Shown: in pieces, positions 11,515 through 21,749 of the stretch | Layout of the letters: every line of letters begins with the position of its first letter | How positions within the stretch are numbered: position 1 is the first letter of the stretch | From: a virus | Lineage: Duplodnaviria; Heunggongvirae; Uroviricota; Caudoviricetes | DNA: 64,000 nt | IMG/VR virus record: IMGVR_UViG_3300014047_000001 | Location: 1 to 64,000 of that record | Strand: one strand, 5' to 3' | The notes under the pieces: model-generated | What the model was told of the DNA's origin: nothing | The model's input: only the letters and a program-made list of their open reading frames with translations | Databases searched by the model: none | Program-made: the position numbers and the translations under genes

Positions 11515-11787
11515 ATGGAAAATTATAAAGTCAATAAAGTTATAACGTTTTTCAATGGTTCTGAAATATTAGAGACTGAAAAATTTCAGTTGCATTCACC
11601 AGATGAATTACAGGATGCATTAAAATTGTGTATTGCAGAAACAATGAAGCAATATAAAAGCGAAAGAGTAGATGATGTTCGTTTTTATGGATTAGAAAAA
11701 GTTGAATATTTAGAAGTAAAGAATATTCTTCCAGAAGATATTAGGGAAGAATATATTTTAAATTTATACCACCAAATTAATAAGTAA
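11515..11787 (+). CDS. hypothetical protein
   Basis: ATG at 11515 is in frame with track ORF 11479..11787. Confidence 0.4.
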   Translation: MENYKVNKVITFFNGSEILETEKFQLHSPDELQDALKLCIAETMKQYKSERVDDVRFYGLEKVEYLEVKNILPEDIREEYILNLYHQINK

Positions 11788-11790
11788 ATT

Positions 11791-12165
11791 ATGATTACAT
11801 TTGTTATTGCTATTTTTTTACTTTTATTGTGTTATAACATTGTTAACAGAACCGTGTTTATTAATACATGTACATTTAAAGTTAAGAAACATTCAAAAAT
11901 TAAAAATTTTTATATTCTTTTGTTTCTTATAAATTTATTGTTATTTTTATTTAATAATACTATATATTGTATTATTGGCTGTAGTGCATTAATAGCTATA
12001 TGGATAATAAACAATATTTTATGTACAATATGTTCAAAACAATTAAATAAAAATGATAATTATTGTGATATTTGTATTGCAGTACGTTTGAAACATAAGA
12101 ATATATTTGATAAGATTATTCTCTTTATTCTTAAATGGATTAATGGAATTAAAAAGGTAAAATAA
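11791..12165 (+). CDS. small membrane protein
   Basis: 124-aa ORF with two hydrophobic segments and a Cys-rich tail. Confidence 0.45.
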   Translation: MITFVIAIFLLLLCYNIVNRTVFINTCTFKVKKHSKIKNFYILLFLINLLLFLFNNTIYCIIGCSALIAIWIINNILCTICSKQLNKNDNYCDICIAVRLKHKNIFDKIILFILKWINGIKKVK

Positions 12166-12971
12166 TGGCATATATTTCTTTTAATTATAAAGCAATACCA
12201 AAAAATCAGAATTCTCGTGGAAACAATATTGTTACACATGATTTCCCAGAAGAATATATTGTATCAATGGATGATATTGTATTAGATAACAGGGATGAAA
12301 CAATAGGTGCATTAAGGCAGTCTTATTTATATATGGATAAGACAGATTATAATTATATCAAACCTGTTATTATATGGCCAACACATACATTAAATGTTAT
12401 AGATGATTCTGACTATGAAGGTGCATTTATTGTTAGAACAATAGATGAGCGTGATGTTTTATGCTATATAGAAAAATGTGGAGAGGAATATAGATTGTGG
12501 CCTATTGATTATTTAATTCCTTGGAAACAACGAGTTAATCATGAAGAATTAAATCATATTTTTGTTTATAGGTTTCCAAAAAGAAACATCAAATGTTTTC
12601 TAAAAAAAGAAGACTATGAAAAAGATTTGTCTAAAAAATGCAAACATGCTGAAAAAGAATATGGGAAATATGTAGACAAAAAAGAAGAATTGTGTAATAT
12701 TCCTACATTTGCGTTAACAAGCCCGCAGTTTAAAATTATTTCAGTGGTTAAAAAAACTAAGTGGCTAACAGCAAAAGAAGGTGATGTTATTTATGGAAGC
12801 TTGCCTGTTATTGAAACAGATAATCAAGGGGTTGCACATAAACTTTTAAAAGGAATAGGAACACAGACAAATTATATAAATGTATATGTAAATGGAAAGT
12901 TTGAAAGACAAATGGGTCCATTAGATTTTCCGAAATTATTTTTAGAAAATTATAAAGTCGAAATTATATGA
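12165..12971 (+). CDS. hypothetical protein (paralog of 23627..24448)
   Basis: 268-aa ORF. Clear similarity along its length to the 273-aa ORF at 23627, for example FKIISVVKKTKWLTAKEGDVIYGSLPVIETDN against FKIEKIIKETEWTSAKEGDTIYGEIPVITKDN. Confidence 0.55.
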   Translation: MAYISFNYKAIPKNQNSRGNNIVTHDFPEEYIVSMDDIVLDNRDETIGALRQSYLYMDKTDYNYIKPVIIWPTHTLNVIDDSDYEGAFIVRTIDERDVLCYIEKCGEEYRLWPIDYLIPWKQRVNHEELNHIFVYRFPKRNIKCFLKKEDYEKDLSKKCKHAEKEYGKYVDKKEELCNIPTFALTSPQFKIISVVKKTKWLTAKEGDVIYGSLPVIETDNQGVAHKLLKGIGTQTNYINVYVNGKFERQMGPLDFPKLFLENYKVEII

Positions 12972-13264
12972 AAAAGTTTATATGGTTATTTCTATGTAGT
13001 ATTTTGTTCATATCTTGCGATGGTTTTTCTCGAGGGAAAGCTGCAGTAGAAGCTAAAACAGAAGATGGTAAAGAATACTTAGATATTAACGGACGCAGAT
13101 ATTTTAAAATAAAAGTATTTGACCATGATGCTTATCAGTGTATTTTTGATACACACGGAAGCTGGGGTTCGGATATAATTCATTTTTATGATAGATGTGA
13201 TTTCTGTAAAAAACATTTAAAGGATTATAAAGATTATACAAGTAATACAGATTTAATTAACTAA
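12968..13264 (+). CDS. small lipoprotein
   Basis: Signal peptide with a lipobox (LFISC). Confidence 0.45.
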   Translation: MKKFIWLFLCSILFISCDGFSRGKAAVEAKTEDGKEYLDINGRRYFKIKVFDHDAYQCIFDTHGSWGSDIIHFYDRCDFCKKHLKDYKDYTSNTDLIN

Positions 13265-13281
13265 TTTAAATTTAAACAACA

Positions 13282-14121
13282 ATGAAGAAAATTTTTAATC
13301 TTTGTTTTGGAATGTGCATGTTGATGATTGCACTTGTAAGTTTTACTGGTTGTACTGCTGCTGAGCCTGATGCTGATCAGGAAGGTGTATTGACAATGAA
13401 GCCTTGGTTCTTTGGACATGGTGGTGTAGATGATACTCCTATTCAGTCAGGTTTGACTTGGTGCGCATTGACAACCGATGTAAATTATGTAAAGGTAACT
13501 CCTGTTGCATATGATGAGCATATTGAAGATGCATATTCAGATGATAATACACAGCTTGACTTTGATATTCAGATTATTCTTCAGGTAGAACGTGGTAAGT
13601 CACCATTGCTGATTAAGAATTATGGAACAGATTGGTATAAGAACAATATTCATAAGATTTTTGTAAGTCATTTCTATAATCTTGTTGGTAATTATTCTCC
13701 ATTTGATTTGATGAGTAATCGTTCTGTTACTGATAGTATTGAGGGATTGATGAAGACTTATATGACTAATCATATTGCAAAACTTTCTAAGGCAAAGGGT
13801 GAGATGCCTGTTATTGTAAATAGTGTAACAGTTGGTAAGGGTACTCCTAATGAAGCTATGAAGAAAGAGATGGATCGTACTGCAGCAATGATTCAGGAAA
13901 GAAAGTCACAGGATCAGCGAGAGGCTGCACAGCGTTCACGTGAGAAGGCAGAGCGTCAGCGTGCTATTGCAGATAAGGCATATATGAGGGAAATGGGATT
14001 GACACCTGATCAGTATATTCAGCTCCGCGCATGGGATATTATTGAAAAGAAGCAGGGTGCAAATATTGACGTACTCTTTGATGGTTCAGCACAGCATATG
14101 TGGAATATCAAGAGGAATTAA
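13282..14121 (+). CDS. SPFH/band-7-like lipoprotein (tentative)
   Basis: Lipoprotein signal (SFTGC). A C-terminal charged helical region resembles the tails of the HflK/stomatin family. GC content and codon usage are distinctly higher than in the surrounding sequence. Confidence 0.45.
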   Translation: MKKIFNLCFGMCMLMIALVSFTGCTAAEPDADQEGVLTMKPWFFGHGGVDDTPIQSGLTWCALTTDVNYVKVTPVAYDEHIEDAYSDDNTQLDFDIQIILQVERGKSPLLIKNYGTDWYKNNIHKIFVSHFYNLVGNYSPFDLMSNRSVTDSIEGLMKTYMTNHIAKLSKAKGEMPVIVNSVTVGKGTPNEAMKKEMDRTAAMIQERKSQDQREAAQRSREKAERQRAIADKAYMREMGLTPDQYIQLRAWDIIEKKQGANIDVLFDGSAQHMWNIKRN

Positions 14122-14191
14122 ATATCACATCGTGAAATGTTTACATTCATTAAAATTTTCATTTAAAATTTTTTTAGTTATTTAAAAATTA

Positions 14192-14228
14192 AAGATCTAC
14201 TTATTAATTTAAGTAGATCTTTTTTAAT
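14192..14228. terminator. rho-independent terminator (bidirectional)
   Basis: Perfect 12-bp inverted repeat AAGATCTACTTA-TTAATT-TAAGTAGATCTT followed by TTTTTT. Confidence 0.55.
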
Positions 14229-14710
14229 GTATTCATTATATTATTAATAAAGCTAAGTATATAAAATTTATTAACAAATATTCTTTCCAATAATCCTTTC
14301 TTTTTCTTGCCATTAAATATTTCACCCTGTTCAATTTCGCCTGCTTTATATTTCTTAAAATCTCCTTGCCTTCCTGTTACAGATTTACCTGTTTCATTTG
14401 ACCATCTCTAATATACTTTTCTTGATTGTTTTGTAAAATGATCCAGACCTTTTTTACATATTTTAAAATATTGTTCTGGATCACATCCTATTAGTTCTTT
14501 TATCTGCTCTATTAAGAATGGTTTATATTTGAAATAATAATCATCTTTCTTTTTAGATCTGTATATATTTAATAGCCAATTAAAATTCTTAATGGTTTCC
14601 GCTATTTTCTTTGCCGTATCTGTATCTTTTATATTCTCTGAATATTGTGCTTCTGTATAAATTTCCTACAACCATGCAGCTACTTCATCTTTATCAAATC
14701 GATAATAAAC

Positions 14711-15580
14711 CTAAGGAATATAATATTTTATAAGATACCTTGCAGCATCAGGATCTGTTATTTCCAGTTTCATAGAATCTAATGCCTTTGAATATTGATT
14801 TGTGATTACATTATTACGTCTCTTAACAGATTGAAACATATGTTTTAATTCATGATTAATAGTACCTTTTATATCTGCTTTATATGCAGAAGTAAATTCA
14901 TCTGTTATTGGCCATAAAAAACTGAATATTATTTCTTTTGTTCCCGGACGCCAACAATTTTGAAATTTTGTACTATATGCGATATAATCATATTTTTCTT
15001 TAAATTCATCTTTAGGATTATATTGGAATAAATTAATAGTTATAGAAATATCAATACCATGAAAATCATATGATAATGATATAACTTTTGTATATATGTC
15101 ATTTTTTCCAGCACCTTCTCCTGTTGCATTTTTATATAATTCCCATGTATATTCTCTATGATGCTTTAAAATATAATTAAATATTTCATCTCCTATTTTT
15201 GTAATTTCATCTGATACGCCAAGGGATTCATCCATACGTAAAAGCTCCCTACTTATTCGTGACTCACCATGTTTCGGTGGTATATATGTTGGATGTTCTT
15301 GATATTTTGGTGCATTCTGTTGCTTATATTTTATTAATTCCTATGCTTGGTGTATTTTCTAATCTTCCTGCTTAATTTCATAAAGATATTGTGTTACACA
15401 ACGTTTAGCATTTTGTGTATTATATACTTCTACTTCTTTACCATTATAATATTTTTTAGTTGGTTTTAATCCATGTCTCTATAATACAATATGTATAGAT
15501 TTGAGCTATGGCTGATATGCATTATTGGTTGTACGTCTTATCTGTGATGCGAGTGTATTTACTGTAATAGTTGAATTCAT
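14711..15580 (-). CDS. HExxH zinc-metallopeptidase-like protein
   Basis: Track ORF 14711..15235 extends 5' in frame through five TAGs to an ATG near 15580. It carries an HELKH motif. The 3' end is uncertain: the track stop is TAG, and an open frame with no ATG continues to about 14197. Confidence 0.45.
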
Positions 15581-15986
15581 AATATTATTCATATTTTATA
15601 AATTATTTATTATATGAAATAAATATTAAAAATATTTGTAAATAGTATAATGATGTCTTTAAAGAAGTTTGATAATAATATAAATGTGCAAAATTATATA
15701 GAAAGCCATATTAATAAAAATATAATTATCACTAAACCAAATGCAGAAAATCCTGATAAAAAAGATATAATATACCATCGTGCTGGTGATATGGAAATAT
15801 ATACATAATTGCAGATCCTGAAGAAGACATATATTAGCTACACTTATACCAACATATGATGGAATGTGCTTTGCATTACAAGATTTACAATCATGTGGTT
15901 TGCCAAAGATGGTATAAGTGGCGTTGCCAACCAATAATGCAGTAGTATTAATAGACTTTTTTAAATATGTTAATATAATCTTTATT

Positions 15987-16940
15987 ATGAGACAATGTAA
16001 GATTATATTAACAAGAGGTATTCAAGGTTCAGGTAAGTCTACTTGGGCAAAAGCTTGGGTAAAAGAAGATCCGTTAAATCGAATACGATTTAATAATGAT
16101 GATATTAGAACAAGTCAAGGTGTTTATTGGCCGGATGATAATAAAGCATTGAAAAAGAAAGAATCATGCCTTAAGAAGATTAAAAAATATGCAATTCAAT
16201 GTTATATGGAATCTGGTTATGATATTGTTATTGATAATATGAATTTGAATCCTAATGAATGGACTTCTTTTAAAGATATTATTAAGAATTTTAACGATTC
16301 ACAGAAAGAATTTATTTATACATTAGAATTTCAGGATTTCTTTATTCCTGTAGAGGAATGTATTGCACGTGATGCATTGAGACCTAATCCTATTGGTGCA
16401 AAAGTTATTAAGGAAACATATAGACGTTATCGTCAGGAAATGATTGATATAGATAATCAGAAACTTAATAATGCCCGCCTTCCATATAATCCAGAACTTC
16501 CAAATTGTATATTGGCGGATATGGATGCAACATTATGTTTCAATACTTCAGGTCGTCCATATTTTGGCGATGGTTCGGCAGATAAGATGTATCTTGATGT
16601 GCCCAATGATCCAGTTATTAAGGTTGTTCGTAACTATTTGCGGTGTGCAGGTGAAAATGACCGCGTATTTATTGTAACAGGCAGAGAAGCAGCACCGGAT
16701 ATTAGAAAGGCTACAATAGATTATGTAAAAGAACATGTATCTGCAGATCCTCGTGTAGAGGTTATTATGAGGGTTGATAAAGATTACAGGAAGGGTGATA
16801 TTGTCAAGAAAGAACTTTATGAAACACATATTAAAGGAAAATACAATGTCGACTTTGTTCTTGATGATTCTATAAAGATTGTAAAGATGTACAGAGAATT
16901 AGGATTAACTGTGCTTCAGCCAAATGAAGGTAAGTATTAA
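15987..16940 (+). CDS. polynucleotide 5'-kinase/3'-phosphatase (T4 Pnk-like)
   Basis: N-terminal P-loop (TRGIQGSGKST) and C-terminal HAD phosphatase motif (DMDATL). Start chosen at ATG 15987 within track ORF 15918..16940. Confidence 0.65.
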   Translation: MRQCKIILTRGIQGSGKSTWAKAWVKEDPLNRIRFNNDDIRTSQGVYWPDDNKALKKKESCLKKIKKYAIQCYMESGYDIVIDNMNLNPNEWTSFKDIIKNFNDSQKEFIYTLEFQDFFIPVEECIARDALRPNPIGAKVIKETYRRYRQEMIDIDNQKLNNARLPYNPELPNCILADMDATLCFNTSGRPYFGDGSADKMYLDVPNDPVIKVVRNYLRCAGENDRVFIVTGREAAPDIRKATIDYVKEHVSADPRVEVIMRVDKDYRKGDIVKKELYETHIKGKYNVDFVLDDSIKIVKMYRELGLTVLQPNEGKY

Positions 16941-16942
16941 TT

Positions 16943-17293
16943 ATGGTAGAGCATACACGTGTTATATGTCTTGAAGAACAGACTGAATATTATCAGAAAT
17001 ATTTTGATTATTTTCTAAAGAAATATCGAATGGATCAAGTAATGGATCCGAAGGTATTAAATAGGGATATGCAGGATAGTATTACAGGCTCTAAATTACA
17101 AACATATAATACAACTAATGAAGCTGGTGTATTTCCATCAGATAATTATTTAACAGAATTTCTTATTAATGAACGACTATTAGGATTTGTTTATTTTCGA
17201 AGGAATTCATTTAATAATTGTGAGGTTATTATGGTGGATTTAGAAATAGAAATTCCAGAAGATTGGTATAAAAAGATAAAACATGAAGAATGA
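16943..17293 (+). CDS. hypothetical protein
   Basis: 116-aa ORF ending at TGA. Confidence 0.45.
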   Translation: MVEHTRVICLEEQTEYYQKYFDYFLKKYRMDQVMDPKVLNRDMQDSITGSKLQTYNTTNEAGVFPSDNYLTEFLINERLLGFVYFRRNSFNNCEVIMVDLEIEIPEDWYKKIKHEE

Positions 17294-17315
17294 AAAACTT
17301 CTTCATGTTTTTTTG
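17283..17315 (+). terminator. rho-independent terminator
   Basis: ATGAAGAA-loop-TTCTTCAT followed by GTTTTTTT. Confidence 0.4.
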
Positions 17316-17350
17316 TATAATATATAGTATAAAATATTTTTTAATTAATA

Positions 17351-18112
17351 ATGGGTAAAAGAACAGGATAGGATGAGATTATTGTTGGTGTTGTTGAGTC
17401 TATTGATGATCCAACATATTCTGGTCGTATAAAAGTAAGAGTAAAAGGATTTCATGATAATTTAAAAACAGAAGAGCTCCCTTGGTGTACATATGCAGGT
17501 TCATCAAATTTCTCAGGTACTGGTGGCGGTTCTATTTCTATTCCAAGAGTAGGTGCAACTGTACGAGTAAGGTTTAAAGATGAGAAATCTACATCAATGG
17601 AATGGACAGGCACAGGTACATTGGATAAGGATTTAATAAATGAAATCAAATCAGATTATGCAGGTTCACATGTTTTACTTTATGATACTGCTTCTGATAT
17701 TTCTATAAAATTCCAACCCGGATCTGGTTTAGTTTTATATTATAAAGGATCTTATATTCAAATAACGCCTGATAATAATATTACTATCCATTATGGAGAA
17801 GGTGCGACAGGAACACAAATACAATTATCTAATGGTCGTGTAGATATTCAAGCGCAAACACAGATTAATATAACATCTGGTAAAGCTATAAACCTTGAAG
17901 CAGATACAATTACATTAAATGGTAATACTGCTGTTCAGATAAAGGGTGATAAAGCTGGAGAGTGCGCCATAAATGGTGTACAACTTATATCAGCATTATT
18001 ACAGTTAGCGCAAGGTATTGATGCAAAAGTTCCGCAAACAGCCGGTCAAGAAGTAAGTTATGTAAATGCTGTTAAAGAAGGATTGTTAAATCAAAGTATT
18101 CAGTATATATGA
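17351..18112 (+). CDS. baseplate central spike protein (gpV/gp5 OB-fold plus beta-helix)
   Basis: ATG at 17351 is in frame with track ORF 17597..18112, across a TAG at 17369. The N-terminus (VGVVESIDDPTYSGRIKVRVKGF) matches the gp5/gpV OB domain. The C-terminal part has beta-helix-like repeats. Confidence 0.6.
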
Positions 18113-18474
18113 TTAATGATATAATGGAAAAACCCGATAGGATAAGCCCTACAAAACTTCCAACAGATTATATGTCTGGTGATGAGGTATTTAGGACTTT
18201 TTATAATCAAGGGTGGTATAAAGATAGGGATTATATTCCTTATGAATTAAAAGAGAAAAATTGGAAACCTGACGAAAAGCAAGAGTATTTAGTTTGGTAT
18301 CATCATACTAATCCAGCAGATCCAGCAGATTGTGGAGAAGATGTATTGGATTATATAGAGGTGGCAAATTTTTATATGGACTTTATTAAATGTGAAATAC
18401 GAGATAAAATCAGTACACTTAAACCATATGAATTATTGAATCTTGCAAGATATTTGAAAATTGAAAACAAATGA
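18109..18474 (+). CDS. hypothetical protein (spike-associated?)
   Basis: 121-aa ORF whose start overlaps the stop of the spike gene. It ends at TGA. Confidence 0.4.
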   Translation: MINDIMEKPDRISPTKLPTDYMSGDEVFRTFYNQGWYKDRDYIPYELKEKNWKPDEKQEYLVWYHHTNPADPADCGEDVLDYIEVANFYMDFIKCEIRDKISTLKPYELLNLARYLKIENK

Positions 18475-18477
18475 ATT

Positions 18478-19080
18478 ATGGGTAAATTTTTTATAGATTC
18501 TCCTTGGCAAACTTAGAATGTAACATATTAGCCAATATCAAATGATCGTTATTTTTTAGAATGTAAAGATAATGGCGCACGTATAGAAATTAGTGATATG
18601 TCTATGACTAATGAAAGCTATTCAGCATCTACTATTGATGCCACTATTATCAATGATACAGGCAGTATTGGAAAAGTATTTAATCTAGCTATATTACATG
18701 ATATGTTTGAAAAACTTTCTTATAGGAAAGCTGATTATGTATCAGATTTAATATTATATAAGAGAGATAAAAACGGAAAGGAAACAAAAGAAATGGAATT
18801 ATTTAATTGTATGATTCATAGTTATTGTACAGAAAATTCTACCATTTCATTTACAGCCGATCATATTATAAGAGATTTTAATGAAGGCTCATCATGTTCT
18901 ATGGCAGATAATATAATGAAAGCTAATATTACAGATGCTAAACTTACATTAGATAGTTGGAAGACATTAGATTATTATGAAGAATTTAATCATCTTTTTG
19001 ATGATGACGATGATGACGATGATGAAATAGCTATTAGTAAAGTTGAAGAAATAAACAATTTAGCATTATTATACTTATGA
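18478..19080 (+). CDS. hypothetical protein with poly-Asp tail
   Basis: ATG at 18478 is in frame with track ORF 18598..19080, across two TAGs. A run of about nine Asp codons (GAT/GAC) lies at 18997-19026. Confidence 0.4.
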
Positions 19081-19526
19081 GTAAATTAACTATTGAAGAC
19101 ATAATGCCATATATACCTTTTGGATTAAAGGTTAAGGTTAAGGAAAAGCCTGATGAAATATGGACAGTAGAAGGAAAGAATATTGATGGTTTATTAGAAA
19201 TGTCATTAGATGAAAATACTACAGCGATGGCAAGTATTGATAATATTATTCCTATATTATATCCAATGGATTTATTAGATAAACCTATTATATTTAATAA
19301 AAAAGAGATTATCCTTACAAAAGCAATGAGAGAACCTGTTGCTGCAAGAGGTGGCACAGCACAGTTTTATACAGATGCGGTTCATACACCAATGTCTCAT
19401 TTTGGAGACGTATTTCCTTATACATTTATGGATGAAGTACTTACATGGTTATGGAAATATAAATTCGATTATAAAGATTTAATCGGTAAAGGTTTAGCTA
19501 TTGCTGCAGAAAAAGAATATGAATAA
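19077..19526 (+). CDS. hypothetical protein (paralog of 20607..21158)
   Basis: C-terminal W..L..K.FD...LI.KG.AI pattern is shared with the ORF at 20607. Confidence 0.45.
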   Translation: MSKLTIEDIMPYIPFGLKVKVKEKPDEIWTVEGKNIDGLLEMSLDENTTAMASIDNIIPILYPMDLLDKPIIFNKKEIILTKAMREPVAARGGTAQFYTDAVHTPMSHFGDVFPYTFMDEVLTWLWKYKFDYKDLIGKGLAIAAEKEYE

Positions 19527-19529
19527 TAT

Positions 19530-19706
19530 ATGAAAGTATATAGAATACAATATAATACCGAAGATGAAGATGGTACAAGTCATAGTTTTTTGCCAGGAAT
19601 TTATATTTCAAGAGAAATAGCAGAAAAACATAAACCCGAAGATTATGAATGGCCATGGGAAGAAGTCACATATGAAGTAATAGAACAAGAAATAATAGAA
19701 GAATGA
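19530..19706 (+). CDS. small hypothetical protein
   Basis: 58-aa ORF, below the track cut-off. Its TGA overlaps the next ATG. Confidence 0.3.
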   Translation: MKVYRIQYNTEDEDGTSHSFLPGIYISREIAEKHKPEDYEWPWEEVTYEVIEQEIIEE

Positions 19707-20203
19707 TAACAGAAGATAAAGTAAAGAAAGCTTGGCAGGAATATTATGATTACAAGGAGCGTCATTTCGGAGGTCCTGGTAATGGTTGTGATGATTATAG
19801 AGATATATCTGATGAAGTTTTTAAAAAGAAAAGAGAACTGGAAGAAAAAGCAAGAAAGCTTCAAAAGGAATATAATGAATCTCAACATTTTGTAGATAAT
19901 GATGTATTTAAATTTAGAATATCATTAAAAAGAGAATTTGAAGATGAAGAAATAACTATATATACAAAACCGTTTCCAGATTTTCCTGTTGGCGAATATA
20001 AATCAGAGGAACAAGTACAAGAATTTTATGATAAACAAGAAGATTTAGTTCAGGAAAAATATTTTACACAGCAAAAAATTGATGAATTAAAACTTAAGTT
20101 TATTCAAAGAATACAAGAATGTAAAAATCCTTTTTATATTTGTTGTGTAGATAAAGATGGTGGATATAATGTAACAAAAGAACAATTATTTAATTTAGAT
20201 TAA
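19703..20203 (+). CDS. hypothetical protein
   Basis: 166-aa ORF. Confidence 0.45.
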   Translation: MITEDKVKKAWQEYYDYKERHFGGPGNGCDDYRDISDEVFKKKRELEEKARKLQKEYNESQHFVDNDVFKFRISLKREFEDEEITIYTKPFPDFPVGEYKSEEQVQEFYDKQEDLVQEKYFTQQKIDELKLKFIQRIQECKNPFYICCVDKDGGYNVTKEQLFNLD

Positions 20204-20207
20204 TAAT

Positions 20208-20417
20208 ATGAAAGAAAATCCTCAAGAAATTTATATAGTATGTGATAACAAAAATGGTCATTATACTATTCATTTTGATGAACCTGTATTTGATGAAAAA
20301 TCTGGAATATTTAGATCTCTTAATGGAGAATGGACAGATGTACCTGATTTAAGATGGTGGCTAGACGGTTTAGAGCCAGGACATTATCTAAAATTTAAGT
20401 TAGAAAAGTATGTGTAA
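20208..20417 (+). CDS. hypothetical protein
   Basis: 69-aa ORF. Confidence 0.4.
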   Translation: MKENPQEIYIVCDNKNGHYTIHFDEPVFDEKSGIFRSLNGEWTDVPDLRWWLDGLEPGHYLKFKLEKYV

Positions 20418-20606
20418 TGAATATATTATATGGGAATCTGAATTGCCTTGGTGGTTTTTCTGGATACATCCATTAGATAATTGTGCATTTGAACATTATG
20501 GTTATGTTTGTTATGGTAGAATTCCTCCAAAAAGATATTGGAAATATATTAGGAGCAGATACCCAGAATTAATATAAAGAATAATTATTTAATTTAGATT
20601 AATGAT

Positions 20607-21158
20607 ATGAAAAAACTTATAAAAGTATTAACAGAAAAAGAAAACTTATTAATTGCAGAAATAGGTGCCAAACTCCGTTTTGATATTATTGTGAACTATA
20701 CTATTAATGGTATAGAAAAGAACCGTTTATGTAAATGCTTAATGGAAGATGCAGTAACAAAAGATTGGCTTGTATTTATTGATGTAGATGAAGATGAGCA
20801 TATAGACAAGGTAAAGATTGATAATGTAAAACCATTATTATTTCCAATGTCTATGCTTAATGAATCATTTACTATAGATGGTGAGGTATATGAAAAACCT
20901 TTGGATATTCTTATTGAATATTTAAATCATAAAGGATATGGTTGGTGGTTTTCAAGAAAGAAACTCAATATGGAGTTTGGTGATAATCTTTGGATTTATA
21001 ATTTAAGAGATTATGAGTGTGTGCCTGTATGCATGATGATAGACATTATAACATGGTTAGATTTACACCATTTTGATTGTAGAGGATTAATAGATAAAGG
21101 CTTTGCTATTCCTATACAATATAAGAATAATGTATATAAAGAGAGAGATTTTCGCTAA
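20607..21158 (+). CDS. hypothetical protein (paralog of 19077..19526)
   Basis: 183-aa ORF with a shared C-terminal motif. Confidence 0.45.
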   Translation: MKKLIKVLTEKENLLIAEIGAKLRFDIIVNYTINGIEKNRLCKCLMEDAVTKDWLVFIDVDEDEHIDKVKIDNVKPLLFPMSMLNESFTIDGEVYEKPLDILIEYLNHKGYGWWFSRKKLNMEFGDNLWIYNLRDYECVPVCMMIDIITWLDLHHFDCRGLIDKGFAIPIQYKNNVYKERDFR

Positions 21159-21225
21159 ATAATACAAAAATATTTTTATATTATAATTTCTTTTTGTACC
21201 TTTGCAGTAATAAAATAATAAAGTT

Positions 21226-21480
21226 ATGATGAAAGTTAAAGCAAAGTGTATCAAAGAAACTTATACCTGGTCCGGTGATGGTAAGCAACATCATTTTCCT
21301 TATGTAAAGTTAGGACTTGTATATGTGTTTAATAAAGAAGAGCAGTTTGAACCATATCGTCGGACGGTTTATTGGTTGGATAAAACACAGCTTCCTAATC
21401 CGCAAGATTATGAGTATATTGATTATTGTAGTCGTGGATTAGAAACAAAGGAGTTCATGGAAATGTTTGAACTCGTTTAA
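21226..21480 (+). CDS. hypothetical protein
   Basis: 84-aa ORF. Confidence 0.4.
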   Translation: MMKVKAKCIKETYTWSGDGKQHHFPYVKLGLVYVFNKEEQFEPYRRTVYWLDKTQLPNPQDYEYIDYCSRGLETKEFMEMFELV

Positions 21481-21497
21481 AATTTACATAATTTATT

Positions 21498-21749
21498 ATG
21501 TCAAGAAGTCGAAGGAAAACAAAGGCAATGAAAATGTATGGTGGAGATTCTGATAAAAAAGATAAACGCCTTGCAAACAGAGCTTTTAGACGCTTTGCAA
21601 AAATTCGAGTACAAAAAGCAATAATGTCTGATGAAGATGATGTGAATATTCCTGTAGATATGGATGAAGTTTCAAATGTATATTCATTCAGTTCTGATGG
21701 TGGAGCATATTATCGCGAAGATTTGGACGAAAAATTTATGAGAAAATAA
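21498..21749 (+). CDS. small basic protein
   Basis: 83-aa ORF with a Lys/Arg-rich N-terminus. Confidence 0.4.
   Translation: MSRSRRKTKAMKMYGGDSDKKDKRLANRAFRRFAKIRVQKAIMSDEDDVNIPVDMDEVSNVYSFSSDGGAYYREDLDEKFMRK

Noticed and set aside
15659-15934. Minus ORF 15659..15934
   Set aside because: It is a low-complexity hydrophobic translation in the divergent region upstream of the Pnk gene. The better-supported minus gene starts further downstream, near 15580.
16471-16829. ORFs 16471..16677 (plus) and 16548..16829 (minus)
   Set aside because: They are embedded in the Pnk gene.
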